Shown here one piece after another: positions 40,245 through 52,785 of a DNA stretch of 64,000 bases. Positions within the stretch are counted from its first letter, which is position 1. Every line of letters begins with the position of its first letter. Source of the stretch: Octopus sinensis (lineage: Eukaryota); contig NC_043002.1 of assembly GCF_006345805.1 (NCBI RefSeq), positions 58,404,001 to 58,468,000 of the forward strand, read 5' to 3'. Both the position numbers and the translations under genes were made by a program. Under the pieces are notes generated by a model. It saw only the letters and a program-made list of their open reading frames with translations. It did no database searches and was not told the origin of the DNA.

Positions 40245-42657
40245 TACACACATCTACATGCATAAACACATACACACACACATCTACATGCATAAACACA
40301 CACACACACGCACTCGTTTACATATGCAAAAATACATAGGCACACACGTTATCGAAGCTAAGCTAATCCTTTTACGAGTTATTGACTTGTGAAAATTTCA
40401 AAGGAATGAAATTAAACAAAATTTTTTTTTTTAATTGTGAATCGTTGTGCACATTATTACACAGAAATAATTGGATAATCTTTCATCCAATCAAAGTAAT
40501 ATTACTACAACACAAAACTATTAGTGCTACTACTACTACTAATGCTACTACAACTACCATTGGTAAGTAACAAACCACACAGGGATTACATTAAATGCAA
40601 TTAATTGAATTTATTTAAGGTACATCAAGAGAAACAATACTGCATCACTGGATATAATAGGGTGTGCTTGTTTAGAAAGCTTAATTAGTGATAATAATTA
40701 AACTACTTAAAAGAAAAAAAAACTATAACCTTTTTGATACCAACCTACCCCTGGTTATATGATATAAGCTTTCCGTTGTAAAATTATCTAAATTAAGACC
40801 TATTAAAATTTTGTATTGATTTATGTAACAAATACGTGATTAACTACAACAAAAGTTATTTTACTAAATAGATTTTTTTGTTATTTTCAAAATGTATTCA
40901 AATAAAGACAGTGAATTTCATCAGAAATATGGTAACAAACGGGTTAACCGTTTCGATACCAACTCTGTTTCTTTCATACAAATTTCCTCTTTTAACCCTT
41001 TAGTGTTTAACTAGCCATATCCAGCCAAAATATTCAAACTAGCCAAATGTTCAAACTACACCTATATTACAATGTCATTCTAAAAAGTAAAAACTGTATC
41101 ATTGAAACCTTGATCTATGAGAAAAAGTGGGATTAATTCAAAAACAATGTGGATAAATAAGCAATACCTTTGACAGAGCAATCTGACTGCTGAAGGGTTA
41201 ACTCTTTCGTTACCAACTTGGCTGAAACATCTCTGGCTCTAGTACAAATGTCTTGGTTTCCTAAGTTTTGAATTAAAATCTTTCCCCAAACCTTAGCCAC
41301 AATATATGTTCCTAACACTAGCCTAATGATAACTAAATTATTTTACTAAATTCTATGTTATATCTAAAATAATTGAGAGAAAAATAGAGCATCTCAAAAT
41401 AAATACAGTAATGAAAGGGTTAAACTTATCTAAACTAAAACCCTCCATCAAGGTTTTGTGTTAATTTAGGTTCCAAATACTACCTTAATTATGAAAAAGT
41501 TTCTTCACTAAATAAATTCTTCAAATATTTTCATAAATTCCTTAACTCAATGATTAAATTGTGTCTGGAAACTTTGGACATTTGCAGAAGAAATTTTGGT
41601 AACTAATCAATAAATTAAATGAAACAGAGTCATAACTGTGTCATTAAGAAGTTTGCTTCCCAATCACAATGGTTTGGGGCACAGTCTCATTGTGTGGCAC
41701 CTTTGGGAAGGGCCTTTTGCTATAGTCTCTGGCCAGCCAAATTTGTGAGCGAATGTGGTAGATGGGAACTGAAAGAAATCCATTGTGTGTGTGACAAGGC
41801 TTTGGTTGGCCTGGTGCTATAGGAGAAAATACTTGCCCAAGGTACCACACACAGGGACTGAATCCAAAACCATCTGGTTGGGAAGCAACATCCATACCTA
41901 TGCCTTTTACTCATAAAAAATGATAAGAATTATAAGAAACTGACTAATTCCAGGTATTTACAATGTCAACAGCAATGCACTTTTTTTTTTAATGTCTGCA
42001 CAAAAGAATAAAATGGATACTAAATCTGGTGAGATCAATTTGAATCTTCTTGTATCCTTGGCAATCAACAGTAAAATTAAAAAGTTCTAAAAAAGTTTCA
42101 AGCCACATGTGGATATTATAACATGTATTAACATTTGATGATAAATTTGTAACCAAGTAACCAAAATTGGATGACCTCAACATTAAAGACAGAGAAGACC
42201 AAAATAACCCTCTCAACTGCATGCAATAAGAATAACAATAATAGTAATAAAACATAGTCTTTGGTCTAACCCAGGCATGGGCAACCTTTTTCATGAAGCA
42301 GGCCACATGAGACATGGCACATCAACATGTAGGTCACACTACTGAAAAAAATTTCAAGGTAAATATTTGTTAGGCATGCCATTAAGGAAGTCCCACCAGC
42401 TGAAGTCTGCTCCAGACTGGTTTAACCCATTCAAAGAATTATTTGAAATATTTTTATGTGTTTTTTTTAATTGGTATCTAAACATTAATATAGATCTAGT
42501 TGTAACATGGACATATTAACAGCATGCAACTAAAATAATAAAACAGGCATTTGAGTTTTTGGAGGGTCGGGTTGACAAGCAATTATAAATGAAGAATAAA
42601 AATTAAGGGAGTTTTTGAGTTAGTGAAGCTTGGTGGGAGAGGGAGAACTGTACATAC

Positions 42658-42684
42658 CAATTCATTCGTTTATTTCGCCTGGCC
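42658..42684 (-). CDS. lgl: candidate 27-nt Lgl microexon (W)ARRNKRMN
   Basis: tttttccag|GGCCAGGCGAAATAAACGAATGAATTG|gtatgt; phase 2-2, no stop in the frame of exons F and G. Confidence 0.6.
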
Positions 42685-45600
42685 CTGGAAAAATATTTTA
42701 GCATAATAAACATTGCAACAACAATAGCAGCAACAACACAGAAAGCCACATGTTCTCCCAACATGCTTTAGCACCATTTTAGGTCAAATATTCTTTTCTT
42801 TTTTTTTTCAAAAAAAGGAGCAAAGGGGGGAAAAAAAAGACAAAAAAAAACAGCAACAGCAAAAATGAATATAATAATAAAGACAAGATGCAACAGAAAG
42901 AAAAAAAATTTTTCAAAATTAAAAAGGAAATTAAATCACACTCAGACATGCCAGCATGGAACATGGATGTTAAATGATGATGATGATGATATCAGATACA
43001 CAATAGAAAAAAAACCCATCTAACTTCAGACTGTCAAATTCTGAAAAATTAAATACTTTTCTTTTACTAATTAATTGGCAAACATTACAATCTGAACACA
43101 TCCTAAGATGGGAATTAGAAAAAGAAAAAGCAACGTTTTCTCGATCAGATCTAAAACAACTATTCTGTAATTCTTACTACTTTTTCTTCTGTCCTCAGCT
43201 CTAACCATTGTCACCCTCCTTTCACATTCTTGTAAACTAATCATCTACCTGGTCAGCCATGATTTTTTTTTTCTTTTTTTGTCCCTATTCACTCTTTAGC
43301 CACATTCTTGTACTCTGATGGTGGTGTTTCCCTGACATCTCATCACCACGTCTCTTCTCTCTTTCTTGTTGGGTTAGCCATGCATCGCCTCTGTAGCAAA
43401 GCACTTGTTCCCATCCCTCTTTCATATCTCAGCCTCTCAGCATTTGGCACAAAGCCATCTTCTCTTCTTTTCCTCTGTGAAAAACCTTTCTCAGTCAAAG
43501 AGAGTCTTTTCTCTGTCTTGCAAATTACTTGGTGACCTCGCCAGAGCTGGGGTCACAACCCCCACCCCCGGTCCACACTCAGTAAAGTTGTTGCAGTCAG
43601 GAAGAGCATCCAGCAACAGCAGCACTACCGAGGCAGACATTGGAGCTTGGCACTGCCCTCTGGATCATCAGATCCTGTTGACCTATCCAACCTATGCCAG
43701 CATAGAAAAGGGGATGTTAAACAAGAATGATAATAACCGAGTCATTTATCCCAGTTGTTACTGATATCCTTTAAGTATGCTTATCTTCATACCAATATGT
43801 ATACGTTACTTTTTGTATATCTATCATAAGATTCTCTCATTTTTTGAGAAAGTATGATAAAGTCGATGCTTTATTCGAGGACGTCAAAAATAAAACTCTA
43901 GAATATGATCAGAGTTGCTAGCCACACTTGCCAAAATAATTCAAATATAAATTAGTCATGAAGCTAATTGCCGTATAACTATTTTCAATTAACTTAATGA
44001 AAGCTCATTACATTAAATATTACGAGCACATTTGGTCATGGCTGATGCCGTGTAACTAGCATCTGTGCTGGTGGCATGTAAAGAGCACTTTTCAAGCGTT
44101 GGGCCTCACTGAGGCAAAGTGGCTGATGTTGGAGACGTGAAAAGCTCCTTCTGAGTGTTGGGCCTCACAGAGGCAATGAGCAAGAACTTTGGCATTATGT
44201 CGTGCTTGAGAAGGAGATCAAGCCAAGTAAAATCACAGTCATGGCAGATACCGGTGTCACGCAAATAGCACCTGTGCCTATGGCACGTAAAAGCACCCAT
44301 TACACTCTTAGAGTGGTTGGCATTAGGAAGGGCATCCAACCATAGAAACCATACCAAATCAGACTGGGGTCTGGTGCAGTCTTCTAGTTTACCAGCCTTG
44401 GTCAAACTGTCCAACCCATGTCAGCATGGACAACAGATGTTAAATGATGATGATCCAACCGCAGAAAACCTGCCTTGTCAGCTCCTGTCAGCACGGAAGA
44501 CGGATGTTAAAAGATGATGATGACAACCAAGTTATTTATCCTAGTTGTTATTTATGTTTTTTTTTAATTATGTTAATATTCACACCATGGAAGATGGATG
44601 TTGAAGGATGATGATGAATTCTTGCTAGCTATAGACCCAGGCATAGCTCTGTGGTTAAGAAGTTTGCTTCCCAATCACATGGCTTTGAGATCAGTCTCAC
44701 TGCTTGACAGACAACATGGGCAAGTCCCTTCTACTAAAGCCTTGTGAGTGGATTTAGTTGACAGAAACTGAAAGAAGCCCATCATATACGTACTGTATGT
44801 TTGTAGGATGTGAGTGTGTGTATGTTTGTGTCTCTTTGTCTTAACAATGCAGGCTTTTCATAAAAGTCATTCATTTCCAATATTCTGAGAAAGCCTGTCT
44901 GACTATGAGGAAACATTACTGTGCTTGGAATCAGGAAAGAGTCGGTGACAGGAAGAGCATCCAGCCAAAGAAAATCTGCCACAACCTAGTGCATCCAATC
45001 CATGAAAGCATAAAACAGTGGACATTAAAATGATGATTTTCACCATCATCCGCAGTCATCTTTTAATACTGACATCAGATGAAGTCTGTAAACCTTAACA
45101 TTTGCAGAGAAATTGAGCTTTTAAAAGCTGAACGCCCTTGTGAAGAGTAACCATTTCATAAAAAAGAGGTACTCTCAATATTGTTTTAATGCTCCACTTA
45201 TCTATGCTACTATGGGTCAGACAAACTTTATTGAGGCAGATTTTTTTTTTTTTACAGCCAGATGCCCTTCCTGCTATCAACCCTCACCTGTTTCCAAGCA
45301 AAGTAATGACACCAGTACTTGCCATCAGTAAGACTAAAAAATCCTCTCAAGCCCTGTGTTGATGCTATTTGGACTGATTACCAAACACTGGGTGCTTTTC
45401 ATGGCCCCTGCATTGTTGTCTTGAAGAATGCAAAGCGGAAAAGAGAACAAGGGAAAGGAACAGATCTATTGTTGTGAAAAGATGGTAATTGAGTAAATGA
45501 TAATAAACTGGGCATCCAAACCAATTTCTTACATAACAAAATTTGAGAAAAATGAGTCAAAAACATCAAAGTATACAAAACTAATTGCTGCAACTAGAAG

Positions 45601-47043
45601 TAAAAGCTTAGTAATGAAGGGACATGCTCAAGACAATATCTCCACTTTATAAAACAAAAAATACAAAATAAAAACAAAATCTAATAATGATGTGAATCAA
45701 TCAATATGATTGGTGAAATAACTTGTTTTTCATGCAGGGATGTCTTCTGTCCCCATTCACTTTGGCTCAACTTATTGTACATTGAGGACCCACTCTAATA
45801 CCTCATCAACCCCCCATATATACCGCCCTTTCCTATCCCAGACTGTTTTCTCTCGTCTACCCTTGTATAATGTGAGAAGCTATATATATCATCTCTACAG
45901 TAAGAAACCTGTTCCAGTCCATTCATACTCGGACATGCTAACTGCCACAGCTTCTTACTGGAAATATTTAGCGTCGTTGGTAGTGACGTCACATATTTCT
46001 GATCACACTGCATACTGTTCAATTACAAGGAAATATAATATTTTTGCATTTTTACAATATTTCATAATTAAACTTTAACATATAGCACTAATGTTATTTA
46101 AATATTCTCCAAACCATGTCAAAGACACAGAATAAAATATCGTCTCAAATTACAAAACTGTACCAAAAGTCATGCATAAAGATGTTTGCATGAAGTTTGC
46201 AATGAACCACCAGTGGCACGTGTGGCAGTTACTGTGTTAATCTCAAGACACTTAGTATAAAGATACCTCCTTCTTAACTGTAGTCCCACTCAGTCAAAAG
46301 ATACCTTATTTTTTTACAAGGTGACCTCACCAGTGTTGGTGCAGGGAAAAAGTATCCAATATATTCTATAAAATGAATGGTTTTAGGAAGAGCATTTGGT
46401 TGTAGCAATCATGCCAAAGAAGACAGTAGAGCACAACACAGTTCTTGGACCTGCCAGATTCTAATCTATGCCAGCATCTTTCGGATTCCCTCTCATATCC
46501 CCCTTGTATATGGACCTCTCTCTCTAAGTAGGCAAACCATGTATTCTCTCAGCAAGATACCTGCCCTTTTCCTCCTATGATAGTTTCTTATTCCTCCAAC
46601 TCAGTGTCTTGTGGGTGCTTGGTGACCTCACTGGTGCTGGTGCCACATAAAAAGCACCCAGTACACTCTGTTAAAGTGGTTGGTGTTAGAATGGGCATCT
46701 AGCTATTGAAACCAATCTAAAGAAGATGTAGAATCTAGGCACAGCCCTCTGGCTCATCTGTTCTTCTCAAAATGTTAAACAGAAGCCAACACAGAAAAGG
46801 GAACATTAAATGATGATGATGTGTGTATGTGTGTACATGTAATGTGTAGGAGTGCTAATTTATGAATCAAATATAATATTAACAGATAGGATATACCTAC
46901 AGACTATAAGATGATATCAGAAACTCTAAGATATGCACGTTAATTTGACAAAATAGATATATAAAAAAAGTCTTTTCTTGTAAATTAAAAGCATCATAAA
47001 TATTCTGATAAATCAAAAAAAAGTGAAAAGAAGTAATATCTAC

Positions 47044-47176
47044 CATTTTTCTTTTTTCATTTTCTCTCGTCTGTTAGCACGGGATTTTCTTAAGCGCCGG
47101 AATGACTCTCTCAATGATTTTTTGAAAGAAATACGGCGAGAAAGAAGAGAGTCATTCACAACAGCATTGGTCATGT
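47044..47176 (-). CDS. lgl: Lgl exon F, polybasic aPKC-phosphorylation segment
   Basis: tttcag acceptor, weaker gtagat donor; DMTNAVVNDSLLSRRISFKKSLRESFRRLRKSRANRREKMKKEK, carrying the diagnostic Lgl SxxxSxxxS motif; phase 1 to 2. Confidence 0.93.
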
Positions 47177-49741
47177 CTGAAAGAAAAACACAAATACTAC
47201 AGTTATTTATATAAATACTTACTCATGCATACATACATATGTAAAAATCCAGACCTTTGGCATCATGTCGTGCTTGAGAAGACCCATTAAGCCAAGTAAA
47301 AATTGCAGTTGTGGCAGATACTGGTGTCACGTGAAAGCACCCATTACACTCTCGGAGTGGTTGGTGTTAGGAAGGGCATCCAGCTGTAGAAACCATGCCA
47401 AATTAGACTGGAGTCTGGAGCAGCATTCCAGCTTGCCAGCCCCGGTCATACTGTCCAACCCATGCCAGCATGGACAACGGACATTAAATGATGACAACGA
47501 TGATGAGGTACAATAGTCAGAGTTTATTTCCAATTTCTGCTACCTCATTAAACAAATGAAATTACTCTCATCTCATACAGGAAGCAGGTGTATGAGAGAT
47601 AGGTTTTCTCAGATAACTGAATTCAGTACATCAACACTACTTTTTTTTCTCTCTCCCCAGCTCTAAACCCAAATCCCAACCACCCTCTCTTCTATAACGT
47701 GACAAACTATGTAGCTCCTCTACAACAACTATTCCCTTCTCTCACATTTTAAACCCACCATCTGCCTCCTTCTCTACTGAAGCACCACTCACTGAAAGGG
47801 GATCTTAGTCTTGCAAACTACATGGCAACCTCACTAGTGCTGGTGCCATGCAAAAGTCACCCCGTACATATCGTTAAGTAGTGGGTGTTAGGAAGAGCAT
47901 CCAGCTATAGAAACCATGCCAAAGCAACCATTGGAGCACAAATGCTGTCTTTGAACCTGTTGGATGCTGTCCAACCATCCAAACCATACCAGCAGGGAAC
48001 ATGGACATTAAAGGATCAAGCTATCCAAAGTCATCGGCTTAGGGTTAATCATCTGAGAATAAATTCTTCTGGCCACAGACAGAATGTAATATTGGTGACA
48101 AAATATGGACTTTTCCACTGTGACTTGACACAGTCACATATACACACAAACTGAGTAGGATTTTGATTCATCATCATCATCATCATTTAACATGTTTTCC
48201 ATGCTGGCATAGGTTGGATGGTTTGACTGAGGTCTGGAAAGCTAGTGGCTGCACCAGGCTCCAATCTGATCCGGCAATGTTTCTACAGTTGGATGCCCTT
48301 CCTAACACCAACCACTTTGAGACTGTAGTGGGTACTTTTTACGTGCCACCGGCATGGGAGCCAGTTGGTGGGCACTGGCATCAACCATGTTTGGTTGGTG
48401 CTTTTTACATGCCACCAGCACGGGAGCCAGTCAGGGTGAACTGGCATCGAGCACATACGGGTGGTGCTTTTTACGTGCCACCAGCACGGGAGTCAATCAG
48501 GCAGACAGTGCAAGGATAAGAGAATATCTAATTTTTCAAAATGAAACAATACCAAAGAACCAGAGTCATTCAAGAACTCATATTAGATTTCTTAATTTTG
48601 AAACTGGGACCATTCCATTTAGCCCAAGACTATAGGAAGTGAAGGACTACTAAAATGACAATTAAGAATTTCAATTTTTATTCACACAGCCATTTCCAAA
48701 GAGTTTCCTTTAATTCCATCCCAACAAGTTTCTTTCACTCTTCTGATACCAAACTACCAAAGACCACTCCTTGTTGTGTGATACCAAGTTTCTGTTTAAA
48801 TGTGGTTGAGATCAAAACGTTCCCTTAAATTTCCATGTTAATCTGGGTACTAACACCAGTTTAATAGTCCTTTCTACTATAGACTCAAGGCCTGAAATTT
48901 TGGGGGACAGGGTTAGTTGATTACGTCAACCCCAGTGTTCAACTGGTACTTCTTTCATTGACCCCAAAAGATGAAAGGTCAGCTCAACCTCGGTTGAATT
49001 TGAACTCAGAACATTTTGTCCGGTGCATTAACAATTCGGCCAGCTTCACTTCCTTCAACACCCAGTTTAATAATGACAAAATTATTTCATTGAATTCTTC
49101 GTTATTTTCAAATTAATTGAAGCAAAAGCTCTTTTCCCTTGTACAAGTCAGATAAGCAAGCGAATTTATAACATTTGGCTGAATGGATATATATTGTGTC
49201 TCGTAAAAAAATAACCCAAAATTAAGCAGTTAGCTTCTGCAATCTCAGAAAGAAAATAAATGTTACAGTAGACTGAAAAACAATTTTGCAACTGTGTAAA
49301 ACTTCTGCTTAGATAGCAAAGTGGACATTTAACCCTTTCGTTACCAACCTGGCTGAAACCAGCTCTGGCTCCGAGTACAAATGTCTTGTTTTCATAAGTA
49401 TATAAACCCAGTATATATAAAAAGAAACTCAAATGTTATTCTTTATATTATTGATTATCACTACCAGCCCAGCTGAAACTGGTTCAGGCTCTGAGTGCAA
49501 ATGTCTTATTTTCATAAGTTTTGAATTAAAATCTTCCACCAAACCTTAGTCACAATTTACGTTGCTAACACTAGCTGAATGATAACTAAGTTATTTTACT
49601 AAATTCTTTGTCATATTTAAAATTAAATGAAAGAAACAGAAAGCATCTCAACAGAAATATGGTTACGAAAGGGTTACAGAATCATTGATCAGAGGAGTTT
49701 TATACAACATAAATATTGGAATTTTATTCAAATTAAATTAC

Positions 49742-49830
49742 CATTTGGATTTAAAGTGCAGCGATAGAGTACTCCTTTCTTCTGGCAATAATCGAAGAGA
49801 GCAAATCCATGAGCAGTACCAGCAGCACCA
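49742..49830 (-). CDS. lgl: Lgl exon E
   Basis: ttccag/gtaatt; GAAGTAHGFALFDYCQKKGVLYRCTLNPN; phase 2 to 1. Confidence 0.93.
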
Positions 49831-52456
49831 CTGGAATGGAATAAAAATTAAAAACTAATAATAATACTACGAGAAAGAAAGAAAAATTAGACAAACATTT
49901 ATTAAGGATAATTTTAAAATATTGTAACCAAATCATTTACCCTTTCTTTGCCAACCCACTTGAGGCCATCCCCAGTTATATAATATAAATTCACTGCTTT
50001 AAAGTGATCTAAATTAAAACCTTCAATCAAAATTTCATGTTAATTTATATTCCAAACAATAGCTTAATAATGACAAAGCATTTCACAAAATTATCCATTA
50101 TGTTCAAAAATTAATTAAAACAAAAATAGTGACAAAAGGATTAAAGGGATATAAATTAAAATCTTCCATCAAGTCATCATCATCGTCATTTAATGTCTGC
50201 TTTCCATGCTGGCATGAGTTGGACAGTTCAACTGGGGACTGGGAAGCATGGAGGTTGCACCAGGCCCCAATCTGATCTGGCAGTGTTTCTACAGCCGGAT
50301 GCCCTTCCTAATGCCAACTACTCCGAGAGTATAGAGGGTGCTTTTTACATGCCATCAGCACAGGGGCTAGAGGGGGCCAGCATCAACCACGATCAGATGG
50401 TGCTTTTTACCTACCACCAGCACAGGGTCCAGAGGGGGCTGGTATCGACCACGACTGGATGGTGCTTTTTACATGCCACTGGCACAAGAGCCAGTCACGG
50501 CTAGGGTTGACATCAGCCATCAAAATTCATAAAAATTCATTTTCCAAATATCAGCTTGAGTTATCTTCTCAAATTCTTCATCATTTACAAAGTCAACTGA
50601 AATGATCATAAAGTTGGTGCTTAATTGCAGTTTTCCATAATATTGAACAGACAAGAGATCTCTTAATATCAGTGTATGAGAAATAATATTCTCAGAAGGC
50701 CTGTGGCAGGTGTTCTTCAAAGTTGTTTAAATTGAAAAATGCAAAATTAACTGTCCTGCTCATTCAGGCAGCAATTACAGTCAATAACCTGGAAGCTAAA
50801 TACAATGAAGCCTTTGAATAGCATTTTAAATTCTTGTGATACAAATCCACCTATGAGTGCCTCTGGTTCTTTGATACAAACTTCCTCTTTTTAAAATGAT
50901 TTAAGTAAAAACTGTCCAAAATTTCATGCTGATTTCTCTTCCAGATACTAGCCTAGTAAAGTTATTTTCCCAAATTCTTTATGATTTTTGAAATTAAATA
51001 AAATGAAAGCAGTGAAATTTGAGAGAAATACAGTAAGAAAAAGATTAAAATGTCTGTCATATTTTACAAGAGAGAACAGGCTGTGCTAAATACAAAGTCC
51101 CTTCCCCCTCAAAAAAAAAACTGCAGAAGAAAAGCAGTGTCAATAATCTTGAATGGGATCTCTCACTTCTTGGATCATAGTTGAAAGAGAAAGTGGGTAA
51201 GAGTGATGAAGCATAACAAAAGAGCAACACAAAGATTATTAAAAGGAGCATACATCATCATCATTGCTTTAATGTCTATCATGCATGGGTCAGATAGATT
51301 TTGTTGAGGTAGACTTTCTACGGCTGGATGCCCTTCCTGTCACCAACCCTCATCGGTTTCTAAATAAAGTAATATTCATCTTTGACCACACAGGTTCTCA
51401 CAGAAGATTAGAAATGAATGACATTGCTTGTATAACAGTGACATTCACTTACAACATTGCTTGTATAACAAATAACATTCACAAGGTACACACACACACA
51501 CATAAAACAGACTTCTTTCAGCTTCCATCTACCAAAGCCATCACACAACTATAGTATAAGACACTTGCCCAAGGTGCTAAGCAATGGACCTGAACCATGT
51601 AGTTGGGAAGTAAATTTCTTAACTACATGGCCATGCTTACACTTCATTCTAAAAGAAATATTTCAATCTCGCTGCTGCCACTCCACCATGTGGTCTAATC
51701 TAATTCACTACAAGAGATTGGGCCCCTGTGTCTAACTTTATCCTGCAGTTGGGTTCCTGAGTAAAAGAATAAATAGTTGCAGACACAACTCAAGAGTAGC
51801 AATTGCAGGAAAACTAATGGACAGAATCACAAAAAATTTCAGGAATATAACAATAAATAGTATTTCTGAACTATCATACTGGTTCACTCGAATTGCTAAT
51901 TTCCTCATCTCTTTCACCAGTTTGATTGTCTGCATCACTCTCATTGTGTAAGGGTAAACCTTGCATCTGAAGAATAAACATCATCAATAATTTCCTCAGA
52001 TGCAAAGAGTCTAGGCTTTGCTTATTTACTAGACAAAGTGCTGGGTTCATCATGTGCTTATTTCAATGCAAAAATCTGTTGTTTTTTTTTTTCCAATTAC
52101 AAGCAAAAGTAAACAACAGCTAAGGAGGACATCATTAACAATGAACCATAAACACATTTGATTACAAAGATGCAGCATGATCAGTTGTCTATTTTGAGTA
52201 ATTTCTTTTCTTTTTTTTAGGTATGTTGCTCATTACCATTTTACAGGGAATCTGTCAGAGATCATATACTCCTACACAGGAAACACAACATGATAGGGTT
52301 AGAGAAGGTTACAGGAGCAGCAATTATGTTTAAAGAAGTTACAACCAGAAGCTACAAGTTAGGTCATTAACCCTAATGGTAATGAGGTCAAACATCAATC
52401 ATTGCAAACAACATTGACAGGAAAATGAAAAATAATAATAATGTTTGATGACTCAC

Positions 52457-52785
52457 AGTTGCCATTCTGAGTTAATAGCGAGAGATGTACAAGCTGCAGG
52501 GGGTAACAGCTGCATTACACAGGTTGGTTGAAAGCCAGGAGCAAATTTCAGATCTCCTTCTTGGGGTGCTAAAGCTTCATGGCCCTTCCAAACAAAGTTA
52601 TCACTATCTCCGACAATGTTTATGGTGACATGGGTCACCTCTTGCTCTCGTTGTTCTCGTTCCATCTGCAGGACTATGACTTGACCAGCGGTCCCTGCTG
52701 CTATCAAGGTTTCACTAAGAGGGCAAAGAGCAATCTTCTGAATAGCCCAACGAGGATCGTCACTGTAGGGGTCGAAACTGCCAAC
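52457..52785 (-). CDS. lgl: Lgl exon D
   Basis: ttttag/gtgagt; VGSFDPYSDDPRWAIQKIALCPLSETLIAAGTAGQV...FVWKGHEAL...GFQP...SEWQL; phase 0 to 2. Confidence 0.95.

Noticed and set aside
52201-52260. Plus-strand ttttttttag|gtatgt ratchet-like site and a 15-nt minus-strand pseudo-exon
   Set aside because: No plus-strand gene is evident; the minus candidate has a weak acceptor and would split a conserved beta-strand
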